NCBI RefSeq assembly: GCF_000012285.1
Contig: NC_007181.1
Location: forward strand, 570,001-602,000
Reading direction: 5' to 3'
Source: Sulfolobus acidocaldarius DSM 639
GTDB taxonomy: Archaea; Thermoproteota; Thermoprotei_A; Sulfolobales; Sulfolobaceae
DNA length: 32,000 bases
Under the pieces are notes generated by a model. That model was given only the letters and a program-made list of their open reading frames with translations. It had not been told where the DNA came from and did not search any database. This document shows positions 20,800 to 29,684 of this stretch, one piece after another (the first letter of the stretch is position 1; every line of letters starts with the position of its first letter). The position numbers were made by a program, and so were the translations under genes.

Positions 20800-21231
20800 A
20801 TGGAAGAAAAATCTAATTCTTTTTTAAATAAGCTTCATAAATTTGAGACTAAAGTCGTAACTTTAGGCATTTATACACTTCTTCATCATGAACAATTCTT
20901 AGGTAAAGAGGTAAGTTTACGTTTATATGGACTTGATATCGATCTAGGCGTAATTTTACCACATGAATCCTTAAGGCAGGTTGAAGTTTTTCTTCACATA
21001 CATAAAACATTAAACGTAGATACTTCTGGAAATGTAGGAAAGGAAACCTATGGTATTTACTTGTTCGGAAGGAAAGGCTTAAGTATACATCACGGGTATC
21101 TCTCAGTACCTATACAGAGTGTATCGAATTTAGAAGATGCTATAAAAATTATCTCGGCGTATAAAGACAGAAAAACTATCCTAGCCAGGAATATAACGCA
21201 AATATTCTTAGTTAAAGATGATCCACTATGA
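20800..21231 (+). CDS. Hypothetical protein (143 aa), first large gene of the ABC-2 operon
   Basis: It has an ATG preceded by 'GAGGTG' at a 6-nt spacing, and a 4-nt ATGA overlap with the next gene. I recognise no motif. Confidence 0.55.
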   Translation: MEEKSNSFLNKLHKFETKVVTLGIYTLLHHEQFLGKEVSLRLYGLDIDLGVILPHESLRQVEVFLHIHKTLNVDTSGNVGKETYGIYLFGRKGLSIHHGYLSVPIQSVSNLEDAIKIISAYKDRKTILARNITQIFLVKDDPL

Positions 21232-22064
21232 AGGATATTTTCAAGTTACTTTCTTTAATGATACTACGAAGGGCGAAAATTAGCTTAAAGACCCTTAAAT
21301 GGGCTTTAATAATCTATTTATTGCAACCAATTTTATGGATATTAACCCTTGGGATTTCTCTTAATGGCGTAACTTCAGTTACTTTTCTTAAGCAGTTTAA
21401 TACTTCTTTCTTAGATTTTGAAATCGTAGGGGTACCTATAATATTTGCTTTAACCATTCCACTCTTTGGCTCTTTTTCTTCACGTCTTGAGTTTAGTAAT
21501 AGTACTATATATGTAGTTCACCTGCTAAGTAATCGAAAAATCATATATTACTTTATGGGGACTGACGTAATTTTTTACGCAATTATTACTTTTGTAAACG
21601 TATTAACAGTAGCGGGCTTAAGTTTCATCCTTACATCTGAAGGCGTAAACGTAATAGGACTACTCGCAGTTCTTCCGCTCATGCTCTTAGGGTCTCTAAC
21701 ATCTTACAGCCTTGGTATTATTATTAATTCTTTATTTAGAAACCTTTCTTCACCCACCAGCTATCTCTTCTCGCTGATCCAAGTTATTCTGATACTCTTT
21801 TCTGGGGTTTATTATCCTTTAAGCTATCTACCAGAATATCTTCGTATTATAGCATTTATCTCCCCGTATAGCCACTTAATAGCTTTAATAAGATACATCC
21901 TTTTAGGATATAACGCTTCTGACCTTAATGCATTATGGTTTTACACATTACCTTATCAAGTACAAGTTGTGTTATCCATAAGCTACGTTATAGTTCTTGG
22001 TGTAATCTTATTTATTTTGGCAGGTAAAAGGTTAGTAAAAGGCCAAGGAATGGTGCTATTATGA
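21228..22064 (+). CDS. ABC-2-type transporter permease
   Basis: It is 278 aa with about 6 TM segments and the typical ABC-2 layout. It has 4-nt overlaps on both sides. Confidence 0.7.
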   Translation: MKDIFKLLSLMILRRAKISLKTLKWALIIYLLQPILWILTLGISLNGVTSVTFLKQFNTSFLDFEIVGVPIIFALTIPLFGSFSSRLEFSNSTIYVVHLLSNRKIIYYFMGTDVIFYAIITFVNVLTVAGLSFILTSEGVNVIGLLAVLPLMLLGSLTSYSLGIIINSLFRNLSSPTSYLFSLIQVILILFSGVYYPLSYLPEYLRIIAFISPYSHLIALIRYILLGYNASDLNALWFYTLPYQVQVVLSISYVIVLGVILFILAGKRLVKGQGMVLL

Positions 22065-22852
22065 TAGAAGCAATTGGTCTCTCTAAATCATATCTTTCAC
22101 CTGTGTTAAAGGGCGTAACTTTTAAGGCTGAGAGTGGTAGAGTAACATGCATAGTAGGACGTAATGGATCTGGCAAAAGTACATTAATCAGGATACTTTC
22201 TACATCGGAAAAACCAGATAGTGGAACTGCATTGATAGACGGAACTCCACTAGAGGACGTTAAAAGAGTTAGGGAAGTAATATCAGTCCTTTACGACAAG
22301 AATTACTTAGATGCGTTCCTTAGAGTCAGGGATAGCATTGAGTTCTTCATAAGTGCAATGGAAATTGATAGGGACAAGGTTTATAGCCTAATAAAAAATT
22401 TCAATCTTTCTCTATATCTAGAGAAACTTGTTTTTACACTAAGTAAGGGTACTCAAAGAAAATTAGCCTTAACGTTTGCCTTATCATTAGACAGACCAGT
22501 CTCGCTTCTTGATGAGCCAACTGAGGGTCTCGATTACGAATCTAAACTATTATTTGTCAGAGAAATAAGCGCTCATGCTCATGATAAGACTATACTTATG
22601 ACGACCCATGATGCGCAAGTAGTAGAAAGTGCCTGTGAGAAAGTTATGCTTCTTCAGAACGGTCAGGTCAAACCTATAGATGTAAAGTTTATTAAAAGAG
22701 TTGCGGATAAGTACCTAGTAGTAAATGACGGAATTAAATCCAGACTAGTTTTAAGAGATGAGGTGAATGGGAAAATAGACGGATTTGTTGAAATTAGAAA
22801 ACCTACACTCTTAGACCTTATATTTCTTAGGGGCGATGAAGGTGGAGAATGA
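22061..22852 (+). CDS. ABC transporter ATP-binding protein
   Basis: It has Walker A 'GRNGSGKST', signature 'LSKGTQRKL', Walker B 'VSLLDEP' and an H-loop 'TTHD'. Confidence 0.9.
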   Translation: MIEAIGLSKSYLSPVLKGVTFKAESGRVTCIVGRNGSGKSTLIRILSTSEKPDSGTALIDGTPLEDVKRVREVISVLYDKNYLDAFLRVRDSIEFFISAMEIDRDKVYSLIKNFNLSLYLEKLVFTLSKGTQRKLALTFALSLDRPVSLLDEPTEGLDYESKLLFVREISAHAHDKTILMTTHDAQVVESACEKVMLLQNGQVKPIDVKFIKRVADKYLVVNDGIKSRLVLRDEVNGKIDGFVEIRKPTLLDLIFLRGDEGGE

Positions 22853-23333
22853 AATTATTGAGGCGATAGAGTATACAAGGAAAAAGCTATATGATGAAAT
22901 GGGTAAAAGATTGATGCTAATACTGTCAATTTTTTCCGTATTATTCATATTTAATCTTTTACCACATCCTTATTACTTAAAGGAGTACATTTTCCCTGTA
23001 GATTGTCTTCTTGTAGCATACATGGGATTTATAATACAGAAGTTTGAAGCCAGATTTAGGCGACTCTATACACTTCTTAACGTATCTGGAAATAGTACTT
23101 GGAACTCAAAACATGTTAGACGTTTTGTTGTTTTATCCATTTTGCTTATGGCATATGATGTTATAGGTCTTTCAAGATCGTGGAGTTTGACTTATGTGGC
23201 GTTTTTGGTGGTGGATGTTATAGTAATAGCTTTTGTGTTTCGCAGTATTAGATATATTGAAACGAACTTGAGAATGCTTATCTTGATGTATGTGATGGTG
23301 ATTCTGCAAATACTTGTAGGGGGTTTAGTTTGA
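22836..23333 (+). CDS. Hypothetical membrane protein (165 aa, ~4 TM)
   Basis: It has hydrophobic segments. It overlaps the ATPase gene by 17 nt and the regulator gene by 4 nt. Confidence 0.5.
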   Translation: MKVENEIIEAIEYTRKKLYDEMGKRLMLILSIFSVLFIFNLLPHPYYLKEYIFPVDCLLVAYMGFIIQKFEARFRRLYTLLNVSGNSTWNSKHVRRFVVLSILLMAYDVIGLSRSWSLTYVAFLVVDVIVIAFVFRSIRYIETNLRMLILMYVMVILQILVGGLV

Positions 23334-23644
23334 CTCAAAATAACCCAACGAAGATTAGAATTTACACTTTAGTTATATTATATGTTTATGGTGAGATGGG
23401 ATTTAGTGAGCTATACAATATAATTATACAAAAATTTAACATAACTAAAGGCGGTTTTCAACATTATATAAACCAGTTATGCAATGAAGGACTTATAACA
23501 TGTAGAAATGCATTCTATTTTGTAGAGGGTTACAAGAAAAAATGTAATATAACAGACAAGGGAGTAAAAGAGTTGTTCGAAATTAGAGATCTATTATCAT
23601 TGTTAGTAAATGATGAAGGAGATAATCAAGTTGATAAACATTGA
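23330..23644 (+). CDS. PadR-like winged-helix transcriptional regulator
   Basis: The pattern is 'IYTLVILYVYGEMGFSELYNII...GGFQHYINQLCNEGLI...KKKCNITDKGVKEL'. It uses a TTG start overlapping the upstream stop. Confidence 0.6.
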   Translation: MTQNNPTKIRIYTLVILYVYGEMGFSELYNIIIQKFNITKGGFQHYINQLCNEGLITCRNAFYFVEGYKKKCNITDKGVKELFEIRDLLSLLVNDEGDNQVDKH

Positions 23645-24291
23645 TTAAAGATCAAAGACTCCATTACTAGTATAATGAACAGACGTGCTGCTTCAGTTAT
23701 TATTTAGCTGGACTTGATACACCTTATATGATTACTGTTAATATATTATGTCCATACTTTGTTTGGTTATTAAAAATATTCTTAAAGAAGATTTGAATTA
23801 GAGGATATTATTGAACATAGGCCTAAAATCAATCTAAGGCTTAACTACATAAAAACCCTAACTTAGACTCGTGATGACTGACAACTCTTATAATACTATC
23901 GATTATTCCCCAAAACATCACTAAAAAGAAAATGACTATTCCAACATAGATCTCATAACTCAAACTCATCATTTCATGTAAAGCAATGTATTCTAAGGCA
24001 ACGAATTCCTCCAATTGGAAAAACCAAGAGGTAAGATATCAAGACTAGTCCACCCAAAAGTGGAAGTCTATATTTAACGCTTAAAAGAGAAGAAATAATT
24101 TAGTTTGAGGAAATAAATCCTTTTTATTTTCTTACTCATTAAATAACTCATTTAAAAATTTTTATATAAAGAAAATTTATTTATGTAATAAACTCTATTT
24201 TTGTACTGAGGAATTTTATTGTTTACTTTTAATTTAATATAAAATTTGATAGTTATGAAACTTAAAAAGGTTAGAGGGCTTATATAAGTAT

Positions 24292-24555
24292 ATGGGTAAT
24301 AGGACTTTCTTATTCGGTGATATAAGGATAAGGGAAGTCCGTGGATCGTATTATGTCTACTTTGTGGAGAAGGGCCAAGATCGTAAGATGAAGGAAATTT
24401 ACGTTGGACCTTTAGCTGACATGGTCAAGACTTACCTAAAATTGAAAGATAAAAGTGGGGTGTCCCCCACATGGGCCCGCCGAGATTTGAACTCGGGACT
24501 TCTGCCGTGTGAGGGCAGCGTCCTAACCAGGCTAGACTACGGGCCCAATAATTAG
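24292..24555 (+). pseudogene. SSV-type (fusellovirus-like) integrase N-terminal fragment (intN) reading into tRNA-Val
   Basis: 'FGDIRIREVRGSYYVYFVEKGQ...KEIYVGPLADMVKTYLKLK' closely parallels the SSV1 integrase N-terminus as I remember it ('...RYYVYKLE...RYVGPLADVVESYLKMK'). The ORF then runs antisense through the 3' half of the tRNA. No catalytic C-terminal part is present in the window. Confidence 0.75.
24472..24546 (-). tRNA. tRNA-Val (anticodon CAC)
   Basis: Hand-folded: acceptor GGGCCCG/CGGGCCC, D-stem GTCT/GGAC, anticodon stem CTGCC/GGCAG with loop CTCACAC, and T-arm CCGAG-TTCAAAT-CTCGG. Confidence 0.93.
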
Positions 24556-24569
24556 AATATAACGAGGAT

Positions 24570-24803
24570 TTATATGCCTATCGCAATAACATAACCTTCT
24601 TTAAAGTCTCCTATATCAGGATCTAAGTTGATAGCTAATAGTCGATCTTCGATTTTACTTAAATCTAGCATTTTTACTGATAAATCTTTAAAAATTCCCT
24701 TAAATTTTTCTGTAAGAATTTTAGCCTCCTCATAGTCTTTTGCATATCCTATTACTCCGGATATTTGCAAAATAGTTGACCCTAAAAAGGATTTCATCTC
24801 CAT
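24570..24803 (-). CDS. Hypothetical protein (77 aa)
   Basis: The call rests on the ORF alone, with no motif recognised. Confidence 0.35.
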   Translation of the reverse strand: MEMKSFLGSTILQISGVIGYAKDYEEAKILTEKFKGIFKDLSVKMLDLSKIEDRLLAINLDPDIGDFKEGYVIAIGI

Positions 24804-24855
24804 ATTATTTCCTCTGCTGGCTTATAAGTATAAACAATAGTAGTAACATTTTAGT

Positions 24856-25146
24856 ATGCTAAGACTGGTAGTTGGACAAGAGGATTACTTTGAAATTCCT
24901 AGCACTTTGATAGACTATCTGCGTGAGAACAAGGTGTATTTTGAAGTTGTGTTTGATACTTTGTATGATGGTTACCCTGAAATAGAGTATAATGGTAAGA
25001 GAATAAAGGTTGATTCCAGCTCCGATATCGAGGCTCTTGTTAAGAGATTAGTTGCCGATACAAAGGATACAGTAAATGATACCGATAAAAGTTTTCCCAA
25101 ATCCTATAAGTGGGATAGGATTTTATCTTCAGGAGCTTTAGTATAA
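24856..25146 (+). CDS. Hypothetical protein (96 aa)
   Basis: The ORF ends 6 nt upstream of the next gene on the same strand. No motif is recognised. Confidence 0.4.
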   Translation: MLRLVVGQEDYFEIPSTLIDYLRENKVYFEVVFDTLYDGYPEIEYNGKRIKVDSSSDIEALVKRLVADTKDTVNDTDKSFPKSYKWDRILSSGALV

Positions 25147-25152
25147 TGTCAA

Positions 25153-26007
25153 ATGGAAGTTATTTTAGGTGCAGGTATCTCAGGTTTATTGATCTCTTCT
25201 CGTAAGAGAGACTCTATAGTTTTAGAGAATCAGCATAGAATAGGAGGAGTGTTTTCTTATGACGAAATATCTGGTTTTAATATCCCTCTACATCCTCCTC
25301 TAGTGAAAGAAAAATGTTTCACTAACTTGTTAGATTTTGCTCAGATAGAGACGAATGTAATTTATGAAAAAGAGAACTACTTAAGTGCAAAACTAACGAT
25401 AGATAAAATTCCAGATTGGTTACTTCCTGATAATAAAATGTACTATATAAAAAATCTGAGTGAGATAATACAAAATTTATCATTAAAAGCTAGAATTAGA
25501 CTAATCGGTTCATATTTTATTAGAAATGATAAATTGGTGTTAAATACGGGAGAGATAATCCTATGGGATAGAATATATTCCACTATACCAAGAAGAATAT
25601 TTGATAACAGTAAAATTTTTAGAAGTATTAGCATAGCTGAAGCTATATTTACAACCAAGAAAAGACAAGGTTCTCAGATTGTAGTAAATGGGGACAAAGG
25701 TGTTTCTTTCTCTCATGTATTTTCGATTGATTGGTTAAATCCTTCATTTGATGTTCTATATGTTTTGGTTCCTTTTTTAAATATAGTTCCATCATGGGAT
25801 AAAGTGTACAGTGATCTTAAGAGGAAAAGGATTTTGTTAAGGGATGAAATAATCTCTTTCAGGTATAGGATTATTAAGGATGGTATATTAATAGATGAAG
25901 ATAACAAGATAGGTGAAAAAGACGATAATATCATTTTTTGTGGAAGATTGGGAAAATGGAAGAATTTTAACCTATGTCAGACAATAGACGATAGCCTGAA
26001 TTGCTGA
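25153..26007 (+). CDS. FAD/NAD(P)-binding Rossmann-fold protein (short amine-oxidase-like)
   Basis: It has the N-terminal dinucleotide-binding motif 'ILGAGISGLL...VLENQHRIGGV'. Confidence 0.55.
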   Translation: MEVILGAGISGLLISSRKRDSIVLENQHRIGGVFSYDEISGFNIPLHPPLVKEKCFTNLLDFAQIETNVIYEKENYLSAKLTIDKIPDWLLPDNKMYYIKNLSEIIQNLSLKARIRLIGSYFIRNDKLVLNTGEIILWDRIYSTIPRRIFDNSKIFRSISIAEAIFTTKKRQGSQIVVNGDKGVSFSHVFSIDWLNPSFDVLYVLVPFLNIVPSWDKVYSDLKRKRILLRDEIISFRYRIIKDGILIDEDNKIGEKDDNIIFCGRLGKWKNFNLCQTIDDSLNC

Positions 26008-26758
26008 ACCACTCAGTAAATTTCCCTGCAAGATATGTACTTTTCTCAGGGTCTATTCCATTTAATCTGTACATAAAATAAGATGCAAGAAGTACATCAC
26101 CAGTACCTGTTTTGTAAGGACCTATATTTTCTGGCTTAAACTTGTAAGAACTATTTCTAGTAAAGGTTATAAAGCCATCTTCATCATATGATACTAGTAC
26201 CTCTTTAAATCCAGTAGTAATTAAATCAGATACGGTGTACATAGACTTACTTAGCTCATCATAGTTAGCATGTACAACTAAATAATTCCTATTATAAGGT
26301 AACTTAAACTGGTTACCCAAAATAACGTATTTATTTTCTTCACATATTCTAACGAATCCTTGAATATCTACAGCTGAAGGAAAAGAGATATTTGATAATA
26401 TGTTGACATCTATTTCATTACACACTGGATTTATTATTAGACCATCAGACTTGTGATTCTCTATACTTAATTTTCTTTCAGACATAGAAACTAGCAAGAG
26501 ATCTCTTTTACCATTTTCCTTATAAATTAACTTAAAAGTAGTCATATTGTTACTGTTGAAAATTTTATATTTGCTTAGAAACGGAGGTAAAATATTTTCA
26601 TATGCATTACTAATTGAAGAGACTACATGCGGAATTCCTCCTAGCATGTATACAGCAAAACCTGAGTAAATTGGTGATCCTCCTATTTTTTCATTATCAT
26701 TGTTAAAGACATCTATGGTGAAGTTGCCTACCATAATTATGTTTTTCTTCTTCTTCAT
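25967..26758 (-). CDS. PfkB-family carbohydrate/nucleoside kinase
   Basis: It has an N-terminal 'GGSPIYSG' and a C-terminal 'TGTGDVLLASY' (PfkB signature 2-like). It has a 4-nt overlap with the upstream Zn/poly-E gene. Confidence 0.7.
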   Translation of the reverse strand: MKKKKNIIMVGNFTIDVFNNDNEKIGGSPIYSGFAVYMLGGIPHVVSSISNAYENILPPFLSKYKIFNSNNMTTFKLIYKENGKRDLLLVSMSERKLSIENHKSDGLIINPVCNEIDVNILSNISFPSAVDIQGFVRICEENKYVILGNQFKLPYNRNYLVVHANYDELSKSMYTVSDLITTGFKEVLVSYDEDGFITFTRNSSYKFKPENIGPYKTGTGDVLLASYFMYRLNGIDPEKSTYLAGKFTEWFSNSGYRLLSDIG

Positions 26759-27045
26759 TCTTCTTCCTCTTCTGCTTTTACTTTCTCCTCTTCCTCTTCT
26801 TCCTCTTCTGTCTTTCTCTTCCTTAGCCAGTATGAGAAATTATGTGAGAGTACGTGCTCCTTCAAATCATCCAATGAAAAGAAGTAAGCTCCGTAGTTTG
26901 GCGTATTACCTTTTTTACATTCCGGTGCGCATATTGGACATGCATAAAGTTTAGTTATCTCGTCAAAACAGATATCTATATCTTTATCATTTAGTTTTAT
27001 TTTGACGGTTTTCCATTTTGGCGTCCAACGTGTAGTTGATGACAT
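26755..27045 (-). CDS. Cys/His-rich putative zinc-binding protein with basic patch and poly-Glu C-terminal tail
   Basis: The sequence reads '...DICFDEITKLYACPICAPEC...LKEHVLSH...RKRKTEEEEEEEEKVKAEEEEE*'. The tail is encoded by a homopurine (GAA/GAG) tract of about 80 nt. Confidence 0.55.
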   Translation of the reverse strand: MSSTTRWTPKWKTVKIKLNDKDIDICFDEITKLYACPICAPECKKGNTPNYGAYFFSLDDLKEHVLSHNFSYWLRKRKTEEEEEEEEKVKAEEEEE

Positions 27046-27128
27046 TTCTAACTATTTTTAATATTTGCATTTTGAAACGTATAAAAAATTCGCCGTCTTA
27101 TGGATCTATGGAGAAGTAATGTTTTAAA

Positions 27129-27806
27129 TTGGAATTAATGAGTTATAAATGGAGATTCAAATTGTCATCATCACCTACAAATACTTCCTTGTTTGAATCT
27201 CTTATCTCAATAAAGACGATGTATGATATAGCTGAATTTATCATGCGTGCTGTACGTATGTTAAAACCTGAGCAAGTTTCAAAAATGATTGAAGTTTTAG
27301 TTAATCATTATAATCAAAATAAAAACGGTAAGATTCTTGTAATGGGCGCAGGTAGAAGTGGATTAGTTGGTAAAGCTTTTGGAATGAGATTGCTTCATTT
27401 AGGTTACAATGTTTATGTGTTGGGAGATACTATAGTTCCTGCAATCGGCGAAAGGGATATAGCCATTGCAATATCCGGTTCAGGCAGAACTAGGCTGATA
27501 TTAACTGCAGCAGAGGCTGCGAAAGCTGCTAAGTCAACTTTAATTTCAATAACTAGTTATGCTGATAGCCCACTAGCAAAAATATCAGATGTAGTGGTCG
27601 AGATTCCAGGAAGAACTAAATACTCAACTAATGAGGATTACTTTGCAAGGCAGATTTTAGGTATAACAGAACCTTTAGCACCACTGGGTACTCTATTTGA
27701 GGATACTACTCAAATCTTCTTAGACGGACTGGTTGCAGAGCTTATGAAAAAATTAAATAAAACTGAAGAAGATTTACGGATGATTCATGCAAACATAGAG
27801 TTATGA
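27129..27806 (+). CDS. SIS-domain sugar-phosphate isomerase (6-phospho-3-hexuloisomerase-like)
   Basis: It has '[32 protein letters not shown]' and 'AISGSGRT'. The likely true start is the ATG at 27219 ('MYDIAEF'). Confidence 0.7.
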   Translation: MELMSYKWRFKLSSSPTNTSLFESLISIKTMYDIAEFIMRAVRMLKPEQVSKMIEVLVNHYNQNKNGKILVMGAGRSGLVGKAFGMRLLHLGYNVYVLGDTIVPAIGERDIAIAISGSGRTRLILTAAEAAKAAKSTLISITSYADSPLAKISDVVVEIPGRTKYSTNEDYFARQILGITEPLAPLGTLFEDTTQIFLDGLVAELMKKLNKTEEDLRMIHANIEL

Positions 27807-27890
27807 GTAGTAGAATTATTAATTTATGACGTTGAATTAATTAGTTATTGCGGTTCACTCTGACTCTGAATATATTTTTGGACCATTTTA

Positions 27891-29684
27891 ATGAACAAGG
27901 CGTTTATTGTAGTTGCTGTGGTACTTCTAATATTAGGTATCATATCTTTTAATTTAGTCTTCATAATATTAGCAATTATATCACTTTTTTTCGTAGATCC
28001 TCAAATAATGAGAAAATTTTATAAATTTTTCCTAAAAAGTAATATAAGTAAAATATTCGTTAAGAACTATAAAACAAATCATAGTATAGTCATAGAAGAT
28101 GGATATTTAAAAATAGAGGATAATGTTAAAGCATTTTTAATAGTTGATGACATACCATTTGATTATAGAGATCTAAGTGATGAAAGTTTACGTGTAAAGA
28201 TTTCCTCGTTTCATAAAGTTCTGGATATAGCTGGTCAGATAGATATCGTATTTAGAAAAAGTAGTATTGATAAAAACAAATTTTTAAGCGATTTATTTCA
28301 AAAAGCTCAAAATATAAGAGTGATAATTGATGCTGACCCTTCAAATGAAAGAGCAAAAAACGAGTTAATGATGATTCAGCATATGATAAAGAAAATAAGT
28401 GAAGGAGAAATGCCTTTTAAGTATCTTATTTTCTTTATCATCAACTCAGATAGTAAAGAAAAAGCGTTAGCAACTGCTGATGTTGTAAAGAAAGGATTAG
28501 AAAGTATAGGTGTGAAAAGTAGGTTAGCGTATAAACATGAAATAGAGGATTTGTTAAATGATAAACTTAGCCTTAAGAAGATAGTGTTTCCTTCTCAAAT
28601 TCCCTTTTTATCAGTATTTTCTCTGCAGAAGCAACCAGATTATGAGATAATTACAGACGGCATATATCTAGGTCAGGAGATAAATGATAGAAGAGCCGTG
28701 TTTTGGAATGTTAATAGAGTAATTAACCCTCATGCATTAATTATAGGTCCAACAGGTTCTGGTAAAACAGAGTTTTTATTATCTTTGGGAGTCAAGACAA
28801 ACATTCTTTATGGTATACCTATAGTGTTTTTTGATGTAAAGAAAGATATTTCTTTAAGGCTTAAGAAGTATGGTTATAAATATAAATACATAAATCCGCT
28901 TTTAAATAGCATTAATCTCCTTAAATTTTCTAATGTGAACAAGGATATTTATTTAATTCAATTAGAAAACATTATTAGAAACTCATTTAAGTTAGACAGG
29001 TTTGTATCTGCATTATTATATAGGATCCTTTTAGAAAGTATCTCGGATAATTATTATGAGGTTAGTTGGGACTATATAATTGATAAAATAGAAAAGTATG
29101 ATATAAATGAGGATGTAAAGGCATATTTGCTTAGAATAGTGTCTGCCATAAAGAGTTTAGATGCGGGAGTGGAAGATATAGACCTAATATCTGCAATTTC
29201 AGAAGGTATAAATGTAGTTGATTTATCTAGTATAAAATCAGAGGAACTAAGAAGACTTGTGATGTATGGTATAATCATAAAATTTATTAATAAATATAAT
29301 ATAGCAGACGATAGATTAAAACTGGTTTTAGTTATAGACGAAGCATGGACTCTTCTAAGATCCGAGGATAGAGACTATCAAATAGTTGCAGATTTAATAA
29401 AAAGAGGAAGGGGATTTGGTATTGGAATATTTATGGCTACTCAAAACTTCGATGATTTAGGAGAATTATCGGATATATTTCTAGAAAATATAGGACTATT
29501 AGGATTTATGAATAATGGTGATAAGAAGTTCTGGAATGAAGTCATGAGGTTCGCCGATCTAAATATTGAAGAAACATTAAGATCTTTAATATTTTTGGGT
29601 AAAGGAGAAATGTTGATAAGGTTTATTAATGACCCACGTCCTATAATGATTAAGACAGACGTATTAGTGAGAAATTCTTTCTAA
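27891..29684 (+). CDS. cedB: Membrane-anchored VirB4/HerA-type ATPase, CedB-like (DNA import system ATPase candidate)
   Basis: It has an N-terminal TM hairpin 'FIVVAVVLLILGIISFNLVFIILAIISLFF', Walker A 'GPTGSGKT', Walker B 'LVLVIDEAW' and 'ATQNF'. Its position between cdc6-1 and lysY/Z matches the S. acidocaldarius cedB locus as I recall it. Confidence 0.55.
   Translation: MNKAFIVVAVVLLILGIISFNLVFIILAIISLFFVDPQIMRKFYKFFLKSNISKIFVKNYKTNHSIVIEDGYLKIEDNVKAFLIVDDIPFDYRDLSDESLRVKISSFHKVLDIAGQIDIVFRKSSIDKNKFLSDLFQKAQNIRVIIDADPSNERAKNELMMIQHMIKKISEGEMPFKYLIFFIINSDSKEKALATADVVKKGLESIGVKSRLAYKHEIEDLLNDKLSLKKIVFPSQIPFLSVFSLQKQPDYEIITDGIYLGQEINDRRAVFWNVNRVINPHALIIGPTGSGKTEFLLSLGVKTNILYGIPIVFFDVKKDISLRLKKYGYKYKYINPLLNSINLLKFSNVNKDIYLIQLENIIRNSFKLDRFVSALLYRILLESISDNYYEVSWDYIIDKIEKYDINEDVKAYLLRIVSAIKSLDAGVEDIDLISAISEGINVVDLSSIKSEELRRLVMYGIIIKFINKYNIADDRLKLVLVIDEAWTLLRSEDRDYQIVADLIKRGRGFGIGIFMATQNFDDLGELSDIFLENIGLLGFMNNGDKKFWNEVMRFADLNIEETLRSLIFLGKGEMLIRFINDPRPIMIKTDVLVRNSF

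Noticed and set aside
20695-20820. An alternative plus frame with a GTG start gives the Cys/Arg-rich 'MLWNCSWSCRVCRSSNCSKRGKRR...'.
   Set aside because: Third positions in the first ~20 codons are mostly G/C, unlike genuine genes here. It overlaps the well-signalled ATG at 20800 and has no SD.
23786-23815. 'GAAGATTTGAATTAGAGGATATT' was considered as a degenerate second att copy of the tRNA-Val 3' half ('GAGATTTGAACTCGGGACTTCT').
   Set aside because: Only a 9-nt core plus scattered matches align. This is compatible with AT-biased decay but indistinguishable from chance.
26755-27045. The Zn/poly-E protein was considered as LysW itself.
   Set aside because: It is nearly twice LysW's length, lacks the LysW-type N-terminal zinc ribbon pattern and the C-terminal EDWGE-like end, and is not adjacent to lysX. 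Only the general format is similar.
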